Positions 1-7,891 are shown, numbered from the stretch's first letter. The stretch is DNA of 57,910 nucleotides from a virus (IMGVR_UViG_3300037424_000402:1-57910), one strand, 5' to 3'. Made by a program: numbers and translations. Notes: generated by a model not told the origin, from the sequence alone.

Positions 1-127
1 GAAGGCGTGGCTCATGTCGCGCCGTGCGGCGTTCACCCCGGCCGCCCGCGCGTACGGTCTCCCGGCGCCGAAGGGCGCGCTCCTCGTGGGCGTTCCCGGC
101 TGCGGCAAGAGCCTCACCGCGAAAGCG
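1..127. repeat. Terminal direct repeat (assembly overlap), identical to 57784-57910; the contig is circular
   Basis: gaaggcgtggctcatg...gaaagcg occurs at both ends; the AAA ATPase reads in frame across the junction. Confidence 0.97.
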
Positions 128-811
128 ATCGCCACGGCGCTGTCCATGCCGCTCCTGCGGCTCGACTTCGGCGCTCTCAAAGGCAAGTTCGTTGGCGAGA
201 GCGAGGGCAACATCCGCAAGGCTCTCAAGGTCGCCGAGTCGATGGCACCGTGCGTGGTCTGGATCGATGAGATCGAGAAGGCTCTCGGCGGCGCGACCGG
301 ACCGCAGGGCGACGGCGGCGTCTCCGCCGATGCGCTCGGAAACTTCCTCTCATGGATGCAGGATCGCCAGGGCTCGGTGTTCGTGATCGCAACCGCGAAC
401 GACGTGTCGGCGCTGCCCCCTGAGTTGCTGCGCAAGGGCCGGTTTGACGATCTCTTTTTCGTCGATCTGCCCACCGCAGTCGAGCGCAAGGGTGTCCTCT
501 CTGCCGCTCTGAAGGCTCACGGCCGGGATGTCTCCTCGATCGACCTCGCCGCTGTCTCCGCCGTGACGGCGGACTTCACCGGCGCCGAGATCGCCGCGCT
601 CGTTCCCGACTCGATGTTCGCCGCGTTCGCTGACGGCGCGCGTCCGATCACCACGGCCGACCTCGTGGGCGCCGCGAAGAACACGGCCCCTCTCGCGCGC
701 ACCGCCGCCGAGAAGATCACCAAGCTCCGCGAGTGGAGCAAGGGCCGGGCCCGCCCGGCGAGCATCGCCGATGTCGCGCCGACCACCACCAGCCGCACGC
801 TGGACCTGTAG
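1..811 (+). CDS. C-terminal part of Ycf46-like AAA+ ATPase (gene starts at 57035 and wraps the origin; about 519 aa)
   Basis: Walker A GVPGCGKS, Walker B WIDEIEK, sensor ATAN, Arg finger LLRKGRFD. Confidence 0.9.
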   Translation, partial: KAWLMSRRAAFTPAARAYGLPAPKGALLVGVPGCGKSLTAKAIATALSMPLLRLDFGALKGKFVGESEGNIRKALKVAESMAPCVVWIDEIEKALGGATGPQGDGGVSADALGNFLSWMQDRQGSVFVIATANDVSALPPELLRKGRFDDLFFVDLPTAVERKGVLSAALKAHGRDVSSIDLAAVSAVTADFTGAEIAALVPDSMFAAFADGARPITTADLVGAAKNTAPLARTAAEKITKLREWSKGRARPASIADVAPTTTSRTLDL

Positions 812-864
812 TCTTCCCGTAACTCACAGTGACCCGATCTCCGCTTCCGAAAGGAGCTACACAC

Positions 865-1662
865 ATGACCTCTACCCTGCGCCCCGGTCTCCTCGTCTCC
901 CTCAAGTCCACCGTCTCGGGTGGCGTCCGCTACGACCGCACCGACCTCGCCGCGCCGAACCCCGGCGCCGACTCCGCCGCCGAGATCACCCGCTGGGAGA
1001 CCACCAAGGTGGTGGTGGACGCGGCGGAGTTCGAGCGCGCCACGAAGATCCGCGGCAAGTGCCGCTCCCTGATCTCCTCGGTGTGCGCAGTCTCGGAGTT
1101 CGGGCTTCTCTGCCCGACCTCGCGCGAGTTCGACCTCGCCCGTGCCGTGGAGGAGGCCCGGCGCATCGCCGCCGAGCACAACGCCGCCGCGCGGGTCTCC
1201 CGCGTCGAGGTGTACGTGATGACCGGTCGCATCGCCCAGGATGATGCCGAGGCGGCTCGCGCGATCGCCGCCGAGGTGCGTGGTCTCCTCGCCGAGATGA
1301 AGGACGGGATCGCCTCCGCCAACCCCGAGGTGATCCGCGAAGCGGCCCGCAAGGCCAAGAACCTCGGATCGATGTTGACCGAGGATGCCGCTGGCAAGGT
1401 GGAGAGCGCGATCGAAGCCGCCCGCAAGGCTGCGCGGGACCTCGTCCGCCGCGTCGAGAAGGGTGGCGAACTCGCCGCGACCGTGGTGTCCGAGTGCAAC
1501 GTGCTGGCGATCGAGTCGGCCCGCTTCTCCTTCCTCGACCTCGACTCCGCCAAGCCGGTGGAGGCTCTCCCGGTCTCCGCGCCGGGCCTGGATCTGCCGG
1601 CCTCCGCCGAATCCCCCACCCTCGTGGCGCCGGCCGCGACCACCCCCGCGTTCGAGTTCTAG
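865..1662 (+). CDS. Hypothetical helical protein in the AAA ATPase operon
   Basis: AAGGAG RBS before ATG 865; strong GC3 codon bias. Confidence 0.8.
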   Translation: MTSTLRPGLLVSLKSTVSGGVRYDRTDLAAPNPGADSAAEITRWETTKVVVDAAEFERATKIRGKCRSLISSVCAVSEFGLLCPTSREFDLARAVEEARRIAAEHNAAARVSRVEVYVMTGRIAQDDAEAARAIAAEVRGLLAEMKDGIASANPEVIREAARKAKNLGSMLTEDAAGKVESAIEAARKAARDLVRRVEKGGELAATVVSECNVLAIESARFSFLDLDSAKPVEALPVSAPGLDLPASAESPTLVAPAATTPAFEF

Positions 1663-1671
1663 GAGGCACCC

Positions 1672-1998
1672 ATGACCTGCTACCTCGTGAACACGACCGC
1701 AGAGACGAAGGCCCGGCAGACCACGGCCATCTCCCGGCTCGACTCGATGCTGCAAATGGGCACCGCGTCGGTGGTGATCTCCGCCACCGGCGCGATCGCC
1801 TTCAAGGGTGCCAGGGACCTCGCCGAGTCGGGGCTGGCCGATGTCTGTGTCTACCGCAGACTCCTCGCCTCGAACTCCCCGGGGCTGCGCCGGGCGATCG
1901 CCAGGGCGGAGGTGTTCTCCGGCCGCAAGGTGAACGAGCAAGCGATCGCCAGCGGCTCTCACTCCCACGACGGCGGCAAGTCCTGGGGATCGCACTGA
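1672..1998 (+). CDS. Hypothetical protein
   Basis: AGGAGG RBS; operon position; coding bias. Confidence 0.8.
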   Translation: MTCYLVNTTAETKARQTTAISRLDSMLQMGTASVVISATGAIAFKGARDLAESGLADVCVYRRLLASNSPGLRRAIARAEVFSGRKVNEQAIASGSHSHDGGKSWGSH

Positions 1999-2079
1999 GA
2001 GGAGATGTCGGCGTGACGATAGAAAGCAGGGCTCCGCGCTCGAACGCGCCGCCGACCACTCGAAGTAGGAGACCTAACC

Positions 2080-2295
2080 ATGAAGCCACGATACGTTCAC
2101 GCGGCGATCCTCCATCGCTACCGGCGTGGTGTCTCAAACGCCGGGGGGCAACTCTACGGCTATTCGATCACCTGCACCTGTGGGTGGGGTCCGCAGAGAA
2201 TCAACGGCACGAAGCGCGAAGCGATCTCGGTGCATCGAGATCACGTCACCGATGAGAACGGAATTCCGACGATCGTGGAAGGAGCGAAGCCGTGA
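2080..2295 (+). CDS. Small protein with CxC/His, possibly Zn-binding
   Basis: AGGAG RBS; CTCGW motif; overlaps the next start. Confidence 0.65.
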   Translation: MKPRYVHAAILHRYRRGVSNAGGQLYGYSITCTCGWGPQRINGTKREAISVHRDHVTDENGIPTIVEGAKP

Positions 2296-2759
2296 CCAAG
2301 ATCCTGATCGCTGTGTTCGCTGCAAGCCTCGCCGCGTGCTCGCCGTGCGAGCCGACAGACTACTTCGTCGGCCCGGTCTGCGTGGATGATCGCGTGCTCA
2401 CCGAGGTCGAGCGGGCCGAGGTCAGGGCCGCGATCGCTCCGGCGCTCTTCACTGGCATCGGGTGGTGGGGCGCCCGGCCCGAGGAGATGAGCGGCGTTCG
2501 CATCGTCTTCTCCGACTCGCACATCACGTTCGTGGAGGGATCGACGATCACGCTCTTCCGGCGCAGCGACATGGCCGACACCGCGCCGTGCGGCGCGTAC
2601 CTCGTGCGCGGTCTGCCCCATGAGATCGGTCACATCGTTCTCTCATCTCGCGCGCCGTGGACCGGCGACGGGAACCACCACGATCACCGCTGGGACAAGG
2701 AGGATGCAATCCTCTCCGACCTCTACGCGCGAGATCCGTCCTGTGGGGAACTGCCATGA
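2292..2759 (+). CDS. Putative lipoprotein with zincin metallopeptidase motif
   Basis: Signal peptide with lipobox LAAC; HEIGH (HExxH). Confidence 0.65.
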   Translation: MTKILIAVFAASLAACSPCEPTDYFVGPVCVDDRVLTEVERAEVRAAIAPALFTGIGWWGARPEEMSGVRIVFSDSHITFVEGSTITLFRRSDMADTAPCGAYLVRGLPHEIGHIVLSSRAPWTGDGNHHDHRWDKEDAILSDLYARDPSCGELP

Positions 2760-2932
2760 CCTCAAAGAACCTACCCGAGAAGACTCCGACCCTGGATCTC
2801 ATCTCCGGCGCGGCCGGCGCGTGGCAACGCGGCTACGATGCGGGGCGGAAGTCGGGAAGCACGTACGCCGCGCTGGTGTGGGGCGTGATCGGCTTCATCT
2901 TGGGAACCATGACCATGGGGATCCTGCGATGA
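2756..2932 (+). CDS. Small membrane protein
   Basis: ATGA overlap; C-terminal hydrophobic helix; resembles the next ORF (W.RGYDAG vs WAEGYKAG, then a TM segment). Confidence 0.55.
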   Translation: MTSKNLPEKTPTLDLISGAAGAWQRGYDAGRKSGSTYAALVWGVIGFILGTMTMGILR

Positions 2933-3165
2933 GCCTCATCGATCCGAGAGATCGCGCTATCATGCTCGACTTGGCCGCAACGGAGAAGCGTCTCGAACGC
3001 CGCTATTCGGCGACCGATGTCTGGGCAGAGGGCTACAAGGCCGGCGTCCACGATGCCCGAGGCGAGCGCGCGTCGGCTGTGTCGTCGGCGTTCGCAGTCG
3101 GGATTGCCGTGGGTGGGATCGCAGCTACGTTGATCGGCTTCCTACTACTGAGAGGGGTGACGTGA
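2929..3165 (+). CDS. Small membrane protein
   Basis: ATGA overlap; C-terminal TM segment. Confidence 0.55.
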   Translation: MSLIDPRDRAIMLDLAATEKRLERRYSATDVWAEGYKAGVHDARGERASAVSSAFAVGIAVGGIAATLIGFLLLRGVT

Positions 3166-3341
3166 TGATGAGCCCGAAGAGATTGGAGGAGATGAAGTAT
3201 CTGCGCGACGCGACGCTCCGAGCGTCCTACTACCTGTCCGATGATGCTGTGCTCATCGCACACGCGCTGAAGGACGCGATCGCCGAGATCGAGGAGTTGA
3301 GATCCAAGCTCGCTGGACACACCGTGAAGCTCGACGTCTGA
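3165..3341 (+). CDS. Small hypothetical protein (58 aa, below the ORF-track cutoff)
   Basis: Manually translated MMSPKRLEEMKYLRDATL...KLDV; fills the gap in the operon. Confidence 0.55.
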   Translation: MMSPKRLEEMKYLRDATLRASYYLSDDAVLIAHALKDAIAEIEELRSKLAGHTVKLDV

Positions 3342-3369
3342 CCCGACGCATAAACGAGGAGACCCGACT

Positions 3370-4350
3370 ATGAGCAAGATCGCGTATCGAGAGAAGCGGT
3401 TCGGAGACTCTGCAATCGTGCTGATCGATGCGAGCAACGAGATCATCGAGGAGTACGGTCGTCAGAATCTCACTCTCACCCTCCGGCAGCTTTACTACCA
3501 GCACGTCACGCGGAACACGATCCCGAACACGGATCGGAGCTACAAGAGCCTCGGGGCCATCGTGTCTGACGCGCGCCTCGCCGGCCTCATCGATTGGGAC
3601 GCGATCGAGGATCGTGTGCGGCAGCCTCGCCGGGCGAACGAGTACGAGAGTCTCAAAGACCTGACCGACGCCGCGCTCCGCTCCTACCGTCTCCCGAGAT
3701 GGAAGGGGCAGGACACCTATGCCGAGCTTTGGGTCGAGAAGGATGCGCTCGCTGGCGTGCTCGAACCACTCGCCCGGAAGTTCCACGTCACGCTCATGGT
3801 GAACCGCGGTTACTCATCGCAGTCTGCGATGTTCGAGGCGTCACAGCGGTTCATCGCCGCGTGCGAGAGCGCGGGTGTCGGCGACGGACCCGAAGACGAG
3901 GATCAGCCGGCGGACATCGCGTATCGTGACGGCAACGCCGAGACCGGCGGACAGGAGATCGATCTCGTCAGGCGCCCGGTGCTCTTCTACCTCGGGGACC
4001 ACGACCCGTCGGGCGAAGACATGGTGCGCGATGTCCGCGATCGGCTCTCGATGTTCGGCATCGACGTGGACGTGCAGAAGATCGCGCTCACCATGGCACA
4101 GGTGAAGCGATACAACCCGCCGCCGAACCCGGCCAAGGTCACCGACTCGCGCGCCGCTGGCTACATCGCGAAGTTCGGCGACTCCTCGTGGGAGGTGGAC
4201 GCGCTGCCGCCGAACGTGCTGTCACAGATCGTCACGTCGAGCTTCCGGTCGATCATCGATCAGGAGAAGATGGACGAGATCATCGAGAAGGAAGAGAGCG
4301 ACAAGAAGAGGTTGACCGCAGCCGTCTCGAAGATCGTGAAGGAGGACTAG
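3370..4350 (+). CDS. Spo11/topoisomerase VI-A-like winged-helix + TOPRIM protein
   Basis: LTLRQLYY (helix with candidate catalytic Tyr), WVEKDA, RGYSS, LGDHDPSG (DxD), WEVDAL. Confidence 0.75.
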   Translation: MSKIAYREKRFGDSAIVLIDASNEIIEEYGRQNLTLTLRQLYYQHVTRNTIPNTDRSYKSLGAIVSDARLAGLIDWDAIEDRVRQPRRANEYESLKDLTDAALRSYRLPRWKGQDTYAELWVEKDALAGVLEPLARKFHVTLMVNRGYSSQSAMFEASQRFIAACESAGVGDGPEDEDQPADIAYRDGNAETGGQEIDLVRRPVLFYLGDHDPSGEDMVRDVRDRLSMFGIDVDVQKIALTMAQVKRYNPPPNPAKVTDSRAAGYIAKFGDSSWEVDALPPNVLSQIVTSSFRSIIDQEKMDEIIEKEESDKKRLTAAVSKIVKED

Positions 4351-4353
4351 TCC

Positions 4354-4554
4354 ATGACGGCGACTGAGCTTAAGCTCCTCCGCATGGCGGCGAGCGGATT
4401 GATTGTGACTGCGACCGTGGAGGAGAGTGCCGTGCGGCACTCTCTCATCGATCGCGGGTTCATCCGGTGGGAGCAGAAGACGATCGGGAACGCGACGGTG
4501 GGCCACGACGTGATCACACAGCGGGGGCGCGACGCGCTCTCATGGGAGGACTAG
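4354..4554 (+). CDS. Small winged-helix-like protein
   Basis: SLIDRGFI...ITQRGRDAL pattern; GGAGG RBS. Confidence 0.55.
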   Translation: MTATELKLLRMAASGLIVTATVEESAVRHSLIDRGFIRWEQKTIGNATVGHDVITQRGRDALSWED

Positions 4555-4557
4555 GCC

Positions 4558-4788
4558 ATGACGATCCTCGCAATCACGATCTTCTGCAACTGCGGGAAAT
4601 GCATCACGCACGAAGGCTGCACGCTCGGTGGCGAGATGATGTGCTTCGAGTGCGCCGCGAAGATCGCCCGGGATCTGATCTCCAAGCCGGGGATCAGCGA
4701 CGCCGAGAGGAAGACGGCGATCGAGATCCTCGCTGTCGCGGCTGGTAGCAGAGAGGCGACTCCGCCCGACCGTAGCAAGATGAACTAG
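4558..4788 (+). CDS. Small Cys-rich (Zn-finger-like) protein
   Basis: CNCGKC...CFEC; GGAGG RBS. Confidence 0.55.
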   Translation: MTILAITIFCNCGKCITHEGCTLGGEMMCFECAAKIARDLISKPGISDAERKTAIEILAVAAGSREATPPDRSKMN

Positions 4789-5010
4789 CCGAGTGGCATG
4801 GATAGATCCGCGCGTCTGAAGCGAGCCGAGCAGCCTGATAGACACGACGTCAGTGAGCGAGCCGCGTGCATGTAAGAGGAACCGAGACCCCTAAGCGAGC
4901 CGACAGCGCAAGAGAGATCCGTTCTGTCGGAGCGAGCCGTCAAAGAAGAGACAACCGACCCAACCAAGCGCGCCGTGCTACCAGAGACACCCAACCCGAA
5001 GGAGCGAGCC
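4783..5010 (+). ncRNA. Upstream dual-repeat guide-RNA array (TIGR-like), about 6 units
   Basis: AGCG(A/C)GCC at 4820, 4856, 4894, 4931, 4967, 5003 (degenerate copy at 4783), alternating with A(G/T)AGATCC-like repeats and unique 9-11 nt spacers. Confidence 0.85.
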
Positions 5011-5952
5011 ATGACCGAGAATACCGAGCCCAAGCGGACGAAGAAGCCGAAGCGCACGCAGGAAGAGATCGACGCACTGAAGGCGGCAGGCGTGGAGCGC
5101 ACGACCGATCAGGATCGGTTCGCGCTCCGGCGCAAGGTCCGCATCTTCTACGACTTGCAGCGGATGCGGATGCAGGTGGCGGGTCGCACGCAGAAGAAGG
5201 CGGACGGGGCCGAGATCCAGCTTCACCCCTACGACCTCGCCACGCTGGAGAAGCGCGCGCAGGATCTCCACGTCGCGGAGACTGCCGCGCTCGCCGATGT
5301 CGAGGAGCACCTCGGGAGCATGAGCTTCTACACCGAGGTGCTTCTGAAGAACCGGGAGAAGTGGCGGGGGCTCGGGCCGACCCTGGCCGGCGTCCTGCTC
5401 TCCGAGTTCGACGTGCGCATCGCGGACACCGTCTCGAAGTTCTGGGCGTTCGCCGGGCTGGCACCCGTGCCGGCGTGGCGGTGCCGCAAGTGCAACACCG
5501 TCGTCGAGGCGGAGCCGTCCCCGAGTGGAGTGACCGGGTTCTGGAATCACGGCAAGTCGGTGATCCCGTGCGAGTTCACCGAGAAGACGCTCGCCGATGG
5601 AAATCTCGTCTACACCAGCGGCAAGGCGATGAGGCCGACGAAGGGGGAGAAGCTGCCGTACAACTCGTTCCTCCGCACGAAGATCGTCGGCGTGCTCGCG
5701 CCGAACCTTCTCAAGCTGGGGAGCCCTTACCGGAAGAGCTACGACGACTTCAAGCACCGGTGGGAGTCGGCCGGGAAGGGGAAGAGCGATGCGCACCGTC
5801 ACCAGGCGGCGATGCGCTACATGGTGAAGACGCTCTTGGCAGACTTCTGGGAGGCGTGGCGGCGTCACGCGGGATTGCCGGTGCGCCCATCGTACGCAGA
5901 GGAGAAGCTGAACAAGCCACCTCACAGCGGAGCCGTCGCCGTCGGTTCATAG
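5011..5952 (+). CDS. TasA-like Nop/IS110-C-terminal-domain RNA-binding protein with no nuclease domain and a CxxC insertion
   Basis: Coiled coil, then RGLGPTLAGVLLSEFD, SKFWAFAGLAP, KGEKLPYNSFLRT, YRKSYDDFK, AHRHQAAMRYMVKTLLADFW; no DEDD RuvC or HNH motif; flanked by dual-repeat arrays; AAGGAG RBS before ATG 5011. Confidence 0.8.
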   Translation: MTENTEPKRTKKPKRTQEEIDALKAAGVERTTDQDRFALRRKVRIFYDLQRMRMQVAGRTQKKADGAEIQLHPYDLATLEKRAQDLHVAETAALADVEEHLGSMSFYTEVLLKNREKWRGLGPTLAGVLLSEFDVRIADTVSKFWAFAGLAPVPAWRCRKCNTVVEAEPSPSGVTGFWNHGKSVIPCEFTEKTLADGNLVYTSGKAMRPTKGEKLPYNSFLRTKIVGVLAPNLLKLGSPYRKSYDDFKHRWESAGKGKSDAHRHQAAMRYMVKTLLADFWEAWRRHAGLPVRPSYAEEKLNKPPHSGAVAVGS

Positions 5953-6526
5953 AGATCCGTGACTCACGAGCGAGCCGCGTCATATGAGACTCCCGTAGGA
6001 GTGAAGCGAGCCGATAGCCCCGAGAGATCCGGAACCATGGAGCGAGCCGAATGCGGTAAGAGATCCGTGGTTCGATAGCGAGCCGAAGGAGTAAAGAGAT
6101 CCGACCGTCACGAAGCGAGCCGCCTGTTGGGAGTGATCCGTAACAGAAAAGCGAGCCGAAATATGGAGGAGAGATCCGAAAGCCCGGAGCGAGCCGTATG
6201 AAACAAGAGCACCGTCCATCTGGAGCGAGCCGTCAAGGGAAAGAGATCCGTAACCGAATAGCGAGCCGCTGTGATCCAGGGGAATCCCCGAAGCCCACAA
6301 GCGTGCCGATGAGCCAAAGAGATCCGATCGGTTTGAGCGGGCCGTGTAGAGCAAGAGATCCGGAGCCCATGAAGCGAGCCGCCATAGGTAGACACCCGGA
6401 GGAGTAAAGCGTGCCGAAAGGTGAAAGAGAGATCCGATCTGCGGGAGCGAGCCGTATAGGGAGAGAGATCCGCTGTCATAGAAGCGAGCCGATGTGGACA
6501 AGAAATCCGTTCCTCTTGAGCGAGCC
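5951..6526 (+). ncRNA. Downstream dual-repeat guide-RNA array (TIGR-like), 16 units of about 36 nt
   Basis: AGCGAGCC (or single-base variants) at 5969, 6005, 6041, 6077, 6114, 6150, 6188, 6224, 6260, 6300, 6336, 6373, 6408, 6446, 6483, 6519, alternating with AGAGATCC-type repeats; each internal repeat is followed by G and a unique spacer of about 9 nt. Confidence 0.9.
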
Positions 6527-7555
6527 ATGAAGAAGACGAAGAAGACAGAAGCGATTGCGAAACGCCCGACTCAGCCGACCGCTATTGCCACGTCGGCTGA
6601 TGTCGAGCGGGTCAAGGCGGCCGTCGAGACGTACGTCAAGGCGGCGAAGGCAACGAACACGGTGAGCGCGTACGGAGACGCGCGGTTGCACTTCGAGGCG
6701 TGGTGTCTGCGCTTCAACCTCTCAGCGTGGCCGGCGACGCCCGAGACGATCGTGGCGTATCTCTCGGACTGCGCTGCCGATGGTTCGGCGTGGAACACGA
6801 TCGCGCTGCGCCGTGCCGCCATTGGGGTGCAGCATCGGCTCGCGCTCAACGTCAACCCGCCACCGACGTCCGACGTGCGAGTGCGCGAGGTGATGAAGGG
6901 CATCCGGAAGAAGTCAGCACCGCCTCGCCAGCGCGCACCACTCACCGTGGACATGCTTCCAATGGTGCTCGCTGGGATCTCGACGTGGCCGCTGATCGAG
7001 CGTGATCGCGCTCGGGCTATTCTTCTCCTAGGAGTTGCGACGGCTCTTCGCGGGGAGCAACTCGCAGCGTTGCGTACCCCCGACGTACACGAGTTCGACG
7101 AGGGCCTCTCGATCCGCATTCACCGCGAGAAAACCGATCAGCTTGGGAAGGGTCGATTCGTGCAGGTGCCGCGCATCGACGGGCCGCTCTGCCCCGTCGC
7201 CGCGTTCATGGAGTGGATGGCGGACATTCCATCGAATGCGCTCGGGCCGATCTTCCCGACGCTGCGGCGAGGGGGTCACGTCAGCACGCGAGCAATCACG
7301 CGGAAGGACGTCCACCGGATCGTGAAGGATGCTGTTGCGGCGGGTGGCTTCGATCCAGCCGACTTCGGTGCTCACTCGCTGCGCTCCGGGTTCGTCACCG
7401 CCGCGCGAGCCAGGGGGATGGATTGGGGAGAGATCATGCGGCAGACGGGACACAAGCGGATCGAGACAGCGATGAAGTACGAGCGCCCGGTGGAGGGTGA
7501 CGCGGCGACGTTCGAGCGACTCGCGACGATGTGGAAGCCCCCGGAGCCCAGATAG
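6527..7555 (+). CDS. Tyrosine recombinase/integrase (Cre/Xer-like)
   Basis: SAM-like N-domain; catalytic set ALRGEQ, EKTDQ, HSLRSG, TGH, AMKY. Confidence 0.92.
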   Translation: MKKTKKTEAIAKRPTQPTAIATSADVERVKAAVETYVKAAKATNTVSAYGDARLHFEAWCLRFNLSAWPATPETIVAYLSDCAADGSAWNTIALRRAAIGVQHRLALNVNPPPTSDVRVREVMKGIRKKSAPPRQRAPLTVDMLPMVLAGISTWPLIERDRARAILLLGVATALRGEQLAALRTPDVHEFDEGLSIRIHREKTDQLGKGRFVQVPRIDGPLCPVAAFMEWMADIPSNALGPIFPTLRRGGHVSTRAITRKDVHRIVKDAVAAGGFDPADFGAHSLRSGFVTAARARGMDWGEIMRQTGHKRIETAMKYERPVEGDAATFERLATMWKPPEPR

Positions 7556-7556
7556 C

Positions 7557-7582
7557 GGAAGGGCCCCGTTAGGGGCCCCTCC
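7557..7582 (-). terminator. GC-rich hairpin at the convergence of the + and - strand blocks
   Basis: On the - strand GGAGGGGCCCC-UAAC-GGGGCCCUUCC forms an 11-bp stem; no clear U-tract. Confidence 0.6.
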
Positions 7583-7626
7583 TGGGATGACGCAGCGAGC
7601 CCGAGGCGGGCGCACCCATCGAGGTG

Positions 7627-7655
7627 ATTCTAGGGGCGAGGGGCCGGTCCGTCAA
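7627..7655 (-). promoter_or_regulatory. Sigma70-type promoter firing toward the recombinase 3' end
   Basis: TTGACG-17 nt-TAGAAT on the - strand. Confidence 0.75.
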
Positions 7656-7864
7656 GGCTTCGTACGTCGGCCTTGGTCGGTTGGCACGAAAGATCAACGA
7701 GCCGGGCGAGGTGATCGACCTCGTCTGAGAGGCTCTCGATCTTGGCCCCTTGCTGCACGACCACGTAGGTCACGAGCCCCGTGTAGGCTGCGAAAAGCGC
7801 GACGGCCAGGGCCGTCGGCAGCCCGTAGCGCTTCAGGAGGTCTCGGTCGATGCCAGCCGGGCAT
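7630..7864 (-). pseudogene. TM + coiled-coil (holin-like) gene, out of frame by +1 right after the ATG
   Basis: GGAG RBS, ATG CCC G, then +1 frame AGIDRDLLKRYGLPTALAVALFAAYTGLVTYVVVQQGAKIESL...*; span 235 nt = 3n+1. Confidence 0.55.
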
Positions 7865-7891
7865 GGTCGCTCCGTTGCGAAGCCTGGGCGC

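Noticed and set aside
1-127. Biological terminal repeat of a linear genome
   Set aside because: It falls in the middle of a gene and 127 nt equals a common assembler k-mer, so it is best read as circular overlap
517-1995. Long antisense/alternative-frame ORFs (e.g. 517-1995, 24515-26002, 33026-34231, 53616-54836)
   Set aside because: Typical stop-poor shadow frames of GC-rich genes, with no motifs and overlapping well-supported CDSs
4975-5010. ORF-track starts at 4975 and 6494
   Set aside because: Both extend into repeat units; ATG 5011 has a clear RBS and ATG 6527 follows the last repeat in the same arrangement
5011-5952. Active IS110 transposase
   Set aside because: Lacks the N-terminal DEDD RuvC-like domain and IS ends; the flanks are guide-like arrays
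4783-6526. CRISPR array
   Set aside because: Repeats and spacers are only about 9 nt and alternate between two types; no cas operon
5980-6528. 182-aa - strand ORF with GSL repeats, and other ORFs over the arrays
   Set aside because: Shadow translation of the periodic repeats (GGCTCGCT/GGATCTCT give GSL); spacer length changes of 1-2 nt argue against coding
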